Shown piece after piece: positions 10,367 through 22,070 of a stretch of DNA of 64,000 nucleotides. The notes beneath the pieces were generated by a model that worked only from the letters and a program-made list of their open reading frames with translations, did not search any database and had not been told where the DNA came from. The stretch comes from Schmidtea polychroa. Its lineage: Eukaryota. Every line of letters begins with the position of its first letter. Within the stretch, counting starts at the first letter, position 1. The stretch covers positions 185,442,001 through 185,506,000 of the forward strand of contig CM097885.1 in NCBI GenBank assembly GCA_044892525.1, given 5' to 3'. A program made the translations under genes and the position numbers.

Positions 10367-11776
10367 TTAATCATGATCTGCAGTTTGATAAAGCTTTCTA
10401 TTTTTCGTCTCATAAGGTAGAACAAAACTGATAATGAATGCTATAAAATTTAATGCGAAAAAAATTAACGTTCCACCAACAAATGAATATTGAGCGATGA
10501 CAATATTAACAATGAATGGTGCCAAAACCCCTCCAATTCGTGACCAACTATTACAGAAGCCTGTGGCAAAACTTCTGACTGAGGTTGGAAAGACTTCTGT
10601 TGTATATATATAATTTGTATTTTGGAAACTTTTTATTGCGCCTCGAGTAAAAAACAGCAAAATACTGATTATAGTCGGAGTTAAGCAAAAATTCAAAAAT
10701 AACATTCCAGCACAAATAACTGATGTATAAATTGTAAATGTAAGTTTTCTACCAACCGTATTGATAAAAAGTAGAGATAAAGGGACAAATAAAATTTCCC
10801 CACTGGCTGATAATAACATATTTTTATAATCACTAACTGTCATTTCAAAACAACACGAATTGTCTATAGTCTCATTCATCTTGTTCTTGAGGATTTGCGA
10901 AACAACGGACCTGTCTTGTAAACATCTGTGAGGTATTTTATTTAAAATCGTAAGAATTAATATTAATCCGTAATAAGTTAGGCCGGAAATAAACCACATA
11001 AAGGACATGAGAAATGTTGTTAGAATATAATTGGGATGAAGCAAATCTTTAAACGATGATGAAAGCACTGGAACATCTTGAAAATCAGATATACGTTTGT
11101 CTGGAGTGTTCTTTTTTGTCATTTAATTTATTATTCGTAAGCATTTTGCTTATTGATTGTGCAATAATAAATATCTTGGAGATTCTGGAGTCCAGATCAT
11201 CGATAACAAAACAAAATAAATTGGAAATGTTGCTATGAATAGAAAAAATTTCCAACCAATTGTTGGAATAATTAAAAAGCCAACAGAAGTTATAAAAATT
11301 GATCCAACTCCCCAAAAGAACTGTAGTAAAACCATAAATGTACCTCGATGGTTCTCAGGAGTCCATTCAGAGAGAAGTGAATAAATCGATGCGGAATTTC
11401 CACCAATGAAAATACCAATAAAAAATCGTATTATAATCATCCGATGAATTGTCGGAGTAACCACACTTAAAGTTCCAAAAAACAAAAGTCCGGAATTCGT
11501 TATTAACAGAGTCGTTTTTCTTCCATATAGATCACTCAATTTTCCAAATAGAGGACTGCCGAAGAATATACCAATAAAAACTCCAGTTTTGAGAATGACA
11601 TCTTCAATAACCGTTATATGCCAATTGCAAGTAAGAATAGGGCCAAGGAAAGCTAGGATCAACATTTCTGTAGCGTCACAAGAGTGAATGATCCCTAGAA
11701 TAAACAGTAAAATGAAATGAAACTTACCAATTTTAATTTCATTCAGAGCTTCATCAAATGACATTTTCCTCTCCAT
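10367..11776 (-). pseudogene. SVOP: SVOP-like MFS transporter, copy 1, inactivated by two nonsense changes
   Basis: Same sequence as copies 2 and 3, but CAA>TAA at 11150-11152 and at 11123-11125 (HNQ*AKCLRIIN*MTKK). Confidence 0.88.
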
Positions 11777-12809
11777 TCAATAATTTTGAATTACGCGTAG
11801 ATTAGTGAATATTGTCACAATTTAGTGGTCACTTGCAATGGATACTTATAAGTTCATTCATATATTTGCTAGGTTTCATTGTTATACTTGAATACATTGT
11901 TACTAATAAGAAAGAAAACATTAATTTCGTACAATTATGCTGGTATTTTATTGCATAGACTGATATATAGATTAGAAAACTTTTTTTAAATCTAATATTC
12001 TTAAAATAACAAAAGGTAGATCANNNNNNNNNNNNNNNNNNNNNNNNNNNNNNNNNNNNNNNNNNNNNNNNNNNNNNNNNNNNNNNNNNNNNNNNNNNNN
12101 NNNNNNNNNNNNNNNNNNNNNNNNNNNNNNNNNNNNNNNNNNNNNNNNNNNNNNNNNNNNNNNNNNNNNNNNNNNNNNNNNNNNNNNNNNNNNNNNNNNN
12201 NNNNNNNNNNNNNNNNNNNNNNNNNNNNNAACGTGTAATTTGTGAGTCGTTATTGATAGAGTCATTAAATCCAAAAATTAATTTGCAGAATGTAGTGAAT
12301 ACTTGTGTTTTAAATGTTTTTATATAATTTTTTTGCATATTTGTATGTATGGATTGTTGTTGTTAAATGAAATAATTAATAAATTACTAAATTACTAGAG
12401 CTCGTACGGCATTAATTAATTTCGTCAACGGTGCAGTATTTTTGCTGTAGTGTTGATCAACACAACACTAAGGCTTATCGTAGTGAGTCCAGTGCGGCCA
12501 CTAAAGTAGGTAAATTTTAATTAAATGACTATTTTTGCAAGTAAATAACATACGTAAACTGACATTTAAAATTATGTGAACTACACATTACTAGGATCTA
12601 TAAATGGAAAAAAACCCTCAGACTCAAAATCGCCACAAAACACTTTTCTCTTATTATAGCCAGTTAATTGTCGAATAAAATGATCTTCTTCTGCTAAAGA
12701 ACTTTAGTTAAAATTACCAAGTTCATTAATTCTAAACTATGGCTATTCTATAAAAAACATTGATACTCCTTTTAGCTAACAATACTAATTACTTATGAAA
12801 TATTATGAA

Positions 12810-13130
12810 ATATTATCATTCTATTTAACGATGTTCAATTGAAAAGTAACTACCTAAAATCTTGATCTACCCTATATTTACCTCTATTCATCCTAAGGCT
12901 AACTCAAGTCACTTAATTCCATTACTTATAAAGTATTATCATTCTACTTAACAATGTTCATTTGAAAAATAAACACCTAAAATCTCGATCTAACTCTATA
13001 GCTGTCTCGATTCCTCTTAATGTTAATTATAAATGCTTAATTTCACTATTTATAACATATTGTGATTCTAGTTATTAGTTTTCCTTTACAAAAGACCCCC
13101 TAAAAATCTTGATCCACCTCTATATCATAA
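12810..13130. repeat. Degenerate ~120-bp tandem repeat, ~3 units (also in unit 2; unit 3 breaks inside it)
   Basis: The motif tattatcattcta...aatgttca.ttgaaaa...cctaaaatct.gatcta recurs with divergence. Confidence 0.55.
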
Positions 13131-13282
13131 TGTTAATTATAATTCTTGATATTATTATAATAATTTAAATTTTATAAATAAATATATAAAAAATTTATAA
13201 ATTTTTCCTAAACACACCCTCAAGTTGTGTAATAGTCAAAATCAATGTTACAAATACTAATTTAAATTACATATATATATTA

Positions 13283-14755
13283 TTGGACACTTTAAAAGTT
13301 GAATTGGACACTTTAAAAGTTGAATTGGACATATTAAAAGTTAAATTGGACACTAGTTATAAAACTGTAAAAGACGTGAATTTATATTTCAAATAAGACG
13401 ACTTTAATCAAACATGATCTTTCAAATTTTAAATCGCTCTCCTGCCACTGCTTTTGAAATGTTATTCATCATATGCATAACATATCCACAACAATCACCC
13501 GGGTTAATATTGTTCAAGCCATTACAGATAATATCCCGTAGATTTACATTATCCACATTCGATTATAAAATATTCTTGACGAAACTCTTCAACTTACTCC
13601 ATGCATTTTCGATGGGATTCAGCATGTATGAATAGGGTGAGAGAAATTTCAATACAAATCCGGTATCAGTAAAGATGTTTCGTATATAATCAGTTTTATG
13701 AATTTGAGCATTATCTAAAACTATCCATGCACCATTGTAAATCTCATCGCGTTGAATAATCGCAATTAGCTCCATTAAAAAATCACCGAATATTGAACTT
13801 GTACAAGTACTGTCGTCAACAATGCGGCTATGAATAATTTTGTTTGAATTCATTGCTGCAATAACAGTTACATTTCGACCTCTCACTGTTGGCATCACGA
13901 TATTTGCCCTTGTTCCAATTTTTGAGCGGGCGGTAGTTCGACGAATATGTAGATTAAAACCACATTCGTCTATAAAAATGCATTTCTCTTTCAGCGCGGG
14001 AGCATTTCGGGCAAAATCCAATGCGTATCGTCGTCTCTTTTCAATGGTTTCTGGTAAATTTACTCGTTCAAGTTCACGAGAAGCCTTTTTACATGTAATA
14101 CGAAGCTTCTCAAGACATTTAGACACAGACGTGGTTGATAAAGACACTCCTTCGGCTTCAAGTTTGTTTTTTATCATTTTTAAAGTAGTTTGATTATGGT
14201 TCTCCACAAAAAATTCAATTCGGTCTAGTATATTATCCGTAATTTTTGTTTTATTGTTACCACCTCTTTTTCCTACAATAAAAGTTCCTTTACGCTTGTA
14301 GTTGTTTATTATCGTTCTCGCGGTGCTCTCATTAAATCTGCAAGCAGCTGCTGCTTCCCTTATTGTTTTCCCGTCCACTGTGACCATGCTTATTAGCACC
14401 ATTTTAACGTCCCGGGTGGATTTGGCATACGATTTCTTTATAGGAGATTCGCGATTCTCATGCACATCCGCACCATCAATTTCAGTTTCTTCAATGTTTG
14501 ATTCGTCTGAAAATTTATAATATCGGCCATTTGACATGATTAATGATTTCAAACGATTATATATATTTGGGGGGTATTTAGTTGCTATGTTCTGTATATA
14601 AAGTATTTCTATAAAAACACATATTAAATAGTAGGGGTGTTATAAATAATGTCCAATTTAACTTTTAAAGTGTCCAATTCAACTTTTAAAGTGTCCAATT
14701 CAAATTCGAAAGTGTCTAATTTAAAATGGAAAGTGTCTAATTTAACGCGAAAATG

Positions 14756-14756
<1 letters not shown>
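13283..14756 (-). mobile_element. Tc1/IS630-family DNA transposon (DD34E), copy 1; transposase 13563..14552 truncated by a premature TAA
   Basis: HTH region plus FIDECGF...VLDNAQIH-(34 aa)-NPIE. The ends carry inverted arrays of a 21-bp unit (TTGGACACTTTAAAAGTTGAA x4 on the left, x5 on the right), and the right end is followed by (TA)n. The frame continues ~46 codons past the TAA to a TGA at 13422-13424. Confidence 0.88.
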
Positions 14757-14797
<41 letters not shown>

Positions 14798-15030
14798 TAA
14801 ACTTTAAAAATCAAGTCTATTTTTCCCATCTCTACTTTTAGGTTAGATATTGTTAGTAAACAACTGTATCATGATCATTACAAATCATACCCATCTCAAC
14901 CCATCCTAGTAGACTATCATGACATATACAACTTTATTATTATTGTTAATATGATTATTATCATTCTTATAAGATTCATATTATTATTCTCATTTTCATT
15001 ATTATTATGGTTTTTATTATTATAAATCCC

Positions 15031-18000
15031 TGTAGTTTTATTGACACAAGGAAATCACAACGTTTTTTAAATTCTATTTTTATCACAAAATCTGCATATT
15101 AAAACAAATTTAATTATGCAATTACATCTCCGCGTGATTTTCATCTTCGTTCTCAATAAAACTGGTTTCATAATCATCGACATATCGAGGTCTTTTCGTC
15201 CTGCCTCTACGTTCATCTCGGCGAAGTGTGTTGAGTGTAGGATTGTCTACGTCTGTTAATTCATCATCGTCGTTGTTCTCCACTGACGCTTCGTTGACAG
15301 CCGGTCGTATGTCGGAATAGTGTCGCCGAATACCGTTGATGTCGAAATTAGTTGATGAGTTCACCTTCGTTACAATCCCTTCACCCCATGTCGATGTGCA
15401 CTTCGCGTTTTGTGGTTTAACGTAAACTGCATCGCCAACTTGGAACGACGTGTCCTGTGTCTTCTCTTCTGTATAACAAGCACCAACTCCTTTCCAGCAA
15501 TATGAAAACACGGATGAAAACGGCGGTGTTCTGCACTTGTCATTGGGTGCTAGGTTATACCAATATACCATTTCCAATATTCCCTTGTTGGTTCTTGCTG
15601 CCAAGCGTTTAATTGTACGATGGTTCCGTTCTATTATGCCATTTCCTGATGGCTGATAAGCACATCGAAACACACATTTCACACCCCATTTGCGACACAG
15701 TACTTTCATTTGTGTCGACCGAAATGATGTCGCATTATCAATCAACAGCTCATCAGGGAACCTCGGTCTCTAAAAATCTGTTCAAGATTCCGTGTAATGG
15801 TCTCCGCGTCTTCACCTCTTATTTCTCTCCACAGAGCAAAACGACCCGGTCCACAATCAATCATAGTTAAATAAAGCTTACTTAGATAGTGTGTAACATC
15901 CATAGCCAGTCTCTTCCACGTCTCCTTAACGCTTAACTCTCCATGCTCCCATTTTACAGGCGCCGGATCGATAGATTGACATTCTGAACATTCACTAATT
16001 ATAGCCTTTACATCCTCAAGTGTAACGTCCGGCAAAGTTGCTTTGCAAAATACAACGTCTTCTGGGCACCGAAATGGTGCTGTCTATGACTTTCTCGTAA
16101 CACTTGGCTCACAACAGCAATGGTGCTTGCAGTTGGTTCGACACACGATTTAACCCATGTCAGCCCTTTATTACTGACTCTTGTGAGTGCATCTGCTTTG
16201 TTTTTATCTGTCGGGACAAACTCAACCGAGATCGTTAAGTCATAGCTTTTTCGTAATTCACAGATGATCTGCAGACGTCTTCGGACTAGCATCTCAGCAA
16301 TTCCATGAGTTCGGATTCTGGCAGTATCCGTTAAAACTGAATCTATTCAACTCCTGACGGTAGTAGAATCTGTTACTACAACTAAGTTGCTTCTTTCCCA
16401 GCTAATAGCTAAGTTAATTCCCTTTTTCACAGCGTCTAACTCTACAAGGTTTATATGAGCAAAATCGTTTTTCTTCCTCATCCATGATGCATCTTCGACG
16501 ATTTTTCCTGATATTTCTAACGCAACTCCTAATGCCAGATTGCTCGCATCGCACAAGACAATCGTAGATCCGTCCTTGTTTACGTGCCACTCACCAGTCA
16601 CGGGATCGCTCTCTTTCACCACGATATATCATTTCGTTAACCATTTTTAACGTGATTTTTCCAATCGTATCATCCCACTTACTTCCAGCACTGTGTCGTT
16701 TTATATAGTTACTTGCTACTCTTAACCATCTAGCAACAGGATAGTGCCCAACGAGTTGACCACAGAGGGAAAATAACTCCCTTCTTGACATAGTTGTAAA
16801 CGCACTGTGTGGCAAACTGTTTTCACGATGCCACGTACGACCATTAATACTTGTTTGAAGCTGGAGACCTAGCACTCTTGCATCATCAAACTCTTCCGGT
16901 GACTTTGTAATTAGCCTGTATGCTGCTAAATGGCTTATTACGTTTATTCTTGACTGGTTGACAATAATTTCATCAATACAACTATCTGTTGCTTTCCTGA
17001 TATATTCTCTTAAACTCAGTATCTTCCGTAATATTGTTGACATTATTTTCGGAGCCACATTTAAACCAAAACCGAGTCTCGTTAGAAAGTATCCGTTCCC
17101 TTTGTAACTAACCCTTTGGTGCTCCCATAGGTCTTCATCAACATGTATCTGAAGATAAACATTTTTAAGATCAATTAACATAACCTGCTCGCCCATCATT
17201 CTCTATCGCCTTAATGATTCGCCACATACATCACTTTGTCCAGTATGGCTACTAACATATTTATTTAGTTCTCGAAAATCCATTCCTGGACAAACTTTTC
17301 CTTTATTTGCTTGCTCTACTGCCAATAACGGAATTTTTCCATACACGACGTATTTCGTTGGAATTAGCCATCCTTCTTGAATCCACCGTTCAACCTCCAT
17401 GTCAAACTTGTGCTGCAACCCTGGATCGATTTTATAATTTGAAATTCTATTCAATAGTACAGCTGGTTCTGCTTTCCATTTCCACTTCACGGTCCACTTG
17501 CCGTCACTTAATGCTGCCGAAAAATCACCATCTTCAATTTGCAAATTCTCATTTAACTGATTCACAGCCACGCACGATACGTTTGCAATACCTGGAAAAG
17601 ATACACCCGTCTTGTCAATTTTAAGACCTCCCAGCATCCCTATTACGTCCATTCCTAAAATCATTTCAACATTAAGTGTTAGTTTCATCAACGAAACACA
17701 ATTAACACTCAATAAACTACCACCAACAATCAGCTGAACTTTCACATCACGCATACACTTGACTAGTGATCCATCCGCAGTCATGATACTCCCATTTCGT
17801 ATAAATCGTTTCTTCGCTATTCTGGCTGACACAACTGATTTGGAACATCCTGAGTCGATCAATGCTTTTACGGACTCCCCATTGATTATGACTGAAATAA
17901 ACTGCAACGCCATTATATTCGTGCTAGAGTAGGCGCTGGCGCACGCGCTACTCCTTTGGCATTTCCCGACTCTGAATTCCTGGTACACTCCTTTACAATG

Positions 18001-18870
18001 TGGCCCTCTTTTGTACATAGCCAACACTTCTTTCCTTGTTTCTTGAAACAACATTCTTCTAGATGGCCATTCTTTCCGCAATACGAGCATTTCTTTTTCT
18101 TGTCTTGTTTTCCCACGAAATTAGTTGATGAGTTCACCTTCGTTACAATCCCTTCACCCCATGTCGATGTGCACTTCGCGTTTGGTGGTTTAACGTAAAC
18201 TGCATCGCCAACTTGGAACGACGTGTCCTGTGCCTTCTCTTCTGTATAACAAGCGCCAACTCCTTCCCACGACAGCCGAACACAGTTCCATATTGTCACA
18301 GTTTACTAAGACACGAGACTGTTTCAAGACCTCAACAAGAGACATCTGCTGAATATTGGCATTGGATCGAAACTGTTGTGACGACACTGCTGGCAAACCC
18401 ATTATTAATACGCTTTTAATTATGATTTCGTTATCTATCTTGGCCAGAGATGCTAAGTTTTTGAGATCATTCAAATAGACATCTACTGGCTCATTGCACC
18501 ACCTTCGTTCACGGAATCGGTCATATGCTTGGAACATATCGATCGAATAGACATCGGTTAAGGCATGCTCGATCTTCAATGCCTTGCCTTTGTCTTCCGT
18601 GCTCAAATGCTGATATACTGCAAAAGCTGGTCCATCTAGATATAAAGGAATTATTTATTCCAACTCCACGATTTTTTGAATTTTTGCCACTAGCTTCACT
18701 TTCTGAATCCACTGTTAAACTTCACCTTCTCCATTGAAAATAGGTATCATCTTGTCCATGATATGGCCGCGATAGCTTGTAGTTTTATTGACACAAGGAA
18801 ATCACGTTTTTTAAATTATATTTTTATCACAAAATCTGCATATTAAAACAAATTTAATTATGCAATTACA
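15031..18870 (-). mobile_element. Compact Ty3/Gypsy LTR retrotransposon (3840 bp), copy 1, decayed gag-pol
   Basis: TG...CA LTRs at 15031-15126 (96 bp) and 18778-18870 (93 bp), with flanks ATCCC/ATTCC (probable 5-bp TSD, 1 mismatch). Gag starts at ATG 18759 and has two CCHC knuckles. Protease ALIDSGC; RT LTRLGFGLNVAP and a degenerate CIDEI; RNase H CDASNLALG; integrase H..H..C..C, AMDVT and IDNATSF in PR-RT-RH-IN order. Several stops and frameshifts. Confidence 0.92.
18766..18777 (-). promoter_or_regulatory. Candidate non-canonical primer binding site AGCTATCGCGGC directly after the 5' LTR (also 27544-27555)
   Basis: It abuts the LTR terminal CA and there is no TGG-type PBS. The plus-strand reading GCCGCGATAGCT resembles nt 1-12 of eukaryotic tRNA-Phe (GCCG..ATAGCTCAG). 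Confidence 0.5.
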
Positions 18871-19145
18871 ATTCCATTATNNNNNNNNNNNNNNNNNNNN
18901 NNNNNNNNNNNNNNNNNNNNNNNNNNNNNNNNNNNNNNNNNNNNNNNNNNNNNNNNNNNNNNNNNNNNNNNNNNNNNNNNNNNNNNNNNNNNNNNNNNNN
19001 NNNNNNNNNNNNNNNNNNNNNNNNNNNNNNNNNNNNNNNNNNNNNNNNNNNNNNNNNNNNNNATTATAAGATAAATAAGAATTAATAAGCAAGTATATAT
19101 TTTCACAAATTTAATGGCACCACCTGCCACAAAAATAAAATTTGA

Positions 19146-20555
19146 TTAATCATGATCTGCAGTTTGATAAAGCTTTCTATTTTTCGTCTCATAAGGTAGA
19201 ACAAAACTGATAATGAATGCTATAAAATTTAATGCGAAAAAAATTAACGTTCCACCAACAAATGAATATTGAGCGATGACAATATTAACAATGAATGGTG
19301 CCAAAACCCCTCCAATTCGTGACCAACTATTACAGAAGCCTGTGGCAAAACTTCTGACTGAGGTTGGAAAGACTTCTGTTGTATATATATAATTTGTATT
19401 TTGGAAACTTTTTATTGCGCCTCGAGTAAAAAACAGCAAAATACTGATTATAGTCGGAGTTAAGCAAAAATTCAAAAATAACATTCCAGCACAAATAACT
19501 GATGTATAAATTGTAAATGTAAGTTTTCTACCAACCGTATTGATAAAAAGTAGAGATAAAGGGACAAATAAAATTTCCCCACTGGCTGATAATAACATAT
19601 TTTTATAATCACTAACTGTCATTTCAAAACAACACGAATTGTCTATAGTCTCATTCATCTTGTTCTTGAGGATTTGCGAAACAACGGACCTGTCTTGTAA
19701 ACATCTGTGAGGTATTTTATTTAAAATCGTAAGAATTAATATTAATCCGTAATAAGTTAGGCCGGAAATAAACCACATAAAGGACATGAGAAATGTTGTT
19801 AGAATATAATTGGGATGAAGCAAATCTTTAAACGATGATGAAAGCACTGGAACATCTTGAAAATCAGATATACGTTTGTCTGGAGTGTTCTTTTTTGTCA
19901 TTTGATTTATTATTCGTAAGCATTTTGCTTGTTGATTGTGCAATAATAAATATCTTGGAGATTCTGGAGTCCAGATCATCGATAACAAAACAAAATAAAT
20001 TGGAAATGTTGCTATGAATAGAAAAAATTTCCAACCAATTGTTGGAATAATTAAAAAGCCAACAGAAGTTATAAAAATTGATCCAACTCCCCAAAAGAAC
20101 TGTAGTAAAACCATAAATGTACCTCGATGGTTCTCAGGAGTCCATTCAGAGAGAAGTGAATAAATCGATGCGGAATTTCCACCAATGAAAATACCAATAA
20201 AAAATCGTATTATAATCATCCAATGAATTGTCGGAGTAACCACACTTAAAGTTCCAAAAAACAAAAGTCCGGAATTCGTTATTAACAGAGTCGTTTTTCT
20301 TCCATATAGATCACTCAATTTTCCAAATAGAGGACTGCCGAAGAATATACCAATAAAAACTCCAGTTTTGAGAATGACATCTTCAATAACTGTTATATGC
20401 CAATTGCAAGTAAGAATAGGGCCAAGGAAAGCTAGGATCAACATTTCTGTAGCGTCACATGAGTGAATGATCCCTAGAATAAACAGTAAAATGAAATGAA
20501 ACTTCCCAATTTTAATTTCATTCAGAGCTTCATCAAATGACATTTTCCTCTCCAT
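19146..20555 (-). CDS. SVOP: Synaptic vesicle 2-related (SVOP-like) major facilitator superfamily transporter, copy 2, intronless, 469 aa
   Basis: 12-TM MFS pattern with SVOP hallmarks: FDEALNEIKIGKFH, DATEMLILAFLGP, LSDLYGRK, WTPESPRY, TYYGLILIL, INTVGRK, YIYTTEVFPTSVRS, LPYETKNR. Confidence 0.85.
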   Translation of the reverse strand: MERKMSFDEALNEIKIGKFHFILLFILGIIHSCDATEMLILAFLGPILTCNWHITVIEDVILKTGVFIGIFFGSPLFGKLSDLYGRKTTLLITNSGLLFFGTLSVVTPTIHWMIIIRFFIGIFIGGNSASIYSLLSEWTPENHRGTFMVLLQFFWGVGSIFITSVGFLIIPTIGWKFFLFIATFPIYFVLLSMIWTPESPRYLLLHNQQAKCLRIINQMTKKNTPDKRISDFQDVPVLSSSFKDLLHPNYILTTFLMSFMWFISGLTYYGLILILTILNKIPHRCLQDRSVVSQILKNKMNETIDNSCCFEMTVSDYKNMLLSASGEILFVPLSLLFINTVGRKLTFTIYTSVICAGMLFLNFCLTPTIISILLFFTRGAIKSFQNTNYIYTTEVFPTSVRSFATGFCNSWSRIGGVLAPFIVNIVIAQYSFVGGTLIFFALNFIAFIISFVLPYETKNRKLYQTADHD

Positions 20556-22070
20556 TCAATAATTTTGAATTACGCGTAGATTAGTGAATATTGTCACAAT
20601 TTAGTGGTCACTTGCAATGGATACTTATAAGTTCATTCATATATTTGCTAGGTTTCATTGTTATACTTGAATACATTGTTACTAATAAGAAAGAAAACAT
20701 TAATTTCGTACAATTATGCTGGTATTTTATTGCATAGACTGATATATAGATTAGAAAACTTTTTTTAAATCTATTATTCTTAAAATAACAAAAGGTAGAT
20801 CANNNNNNNNNNNNNNNNNNNNNNNNNNNNNNNNNNNNNNNNNNNNNNNNNNNNNNNNNNNNNNNNNNNNNNNNNNNNNNNNNNNNNNNNNNNNNNNNNN
20901 NNNNNNNNNNNNNNNNNNNNNNNNNNNNNNNNNNNNNNNNNNNNNNNNNNNNNNNNNNNNNNNNNNNNNNNNNNNNNNNNNNNNNNNNNNNNNNNNNNNN
21001 NNNNNNNNNNNNNNNNNAACGTGTAATTTGTGAGTCGTTATTGATAAAGTCATTAAATCCAAAAATTAATTTGCAGAATGTAGTGAATACTTGTGTTTTA
21101 AATGTTTTTATATAATTTTTTTGCATATTTGTATGTATGGATTGTTGTTGTTAAATGAAATAATTAATAAATTACTAAATTACTAGAGCTCGTACGGCAT
21201 TAATTAATTTCGTCAACGGTGCAGTATTTTTGCTGTAGTGTTGATCAACACAACACTAAGGCTTATCGTAGTGAGTCCAGTGCGGCCACTAAAGTAGGTA
21301 AATTTTAATTAAATGACTATTTTTGCAAGTAAATAACATACGTAAACTGACATTTAAAATTATGTGAACTACACATTACTAGGATCTATAAAGGGAAAAA
21401 AACCCTCAGACTCAAAATCGCCACAAAACACTTTTCTCTTATTATAGCCAGTTAATTGTCGAATAAAATGATCTTCTTCTGCTAAAGAACTTTAGTTAAA
21501 ATTACCAAGTTCATTAATTCTAAACTATGGCTATTCTATAAAAAACATTGATACTCCTTTTAGCTAACAATACTAATTACTTATGAAATATTATGAAATA
21601 TTATCATTCTATTTAACGATGTTCAATTGAAAAGTAACTACCTAAAATCTTGATCTACCCTATATTTACCTCTATTCATCCTAAGGCTAACTCAAGTCAC
21701 TTAATTCTATTACTTATAAAGTATTATCATTCTACTTAACAATGTTCATTTGAAAAATAAACACCTAAAATCTCGATCTAACTCTATAGCTGTCTCGATT
21801 CCTCTTAATGTTAATTATAAATGCTTAATTTCACTATTTATAACATATTGTGATTCTAGTTATTAGTTTTCCTTTACAAAAGACCCCCTAAAAATCTTGA
21901 TCCACCTCTATATCATAATGTTAATTATAATTCTTGATATTATTATAATAATTTAAATTTTATAAATAAATATATAAAAAATTTATAAATTTTTCCTAAA
22001 CACACCCTCAAGTTGTGTAATAGTCAAAATCAATGTTACAAATACTAATTTAAATTACATATATATATTA

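Noticed and set aside
12380-12610. ACTAG...CTAG-bounded, GC-richer block upstream of SVOP as a Helitron or MITE end.
   Set aside because: No clear subterminal hairpin, TIR pair or TSD could be identified.
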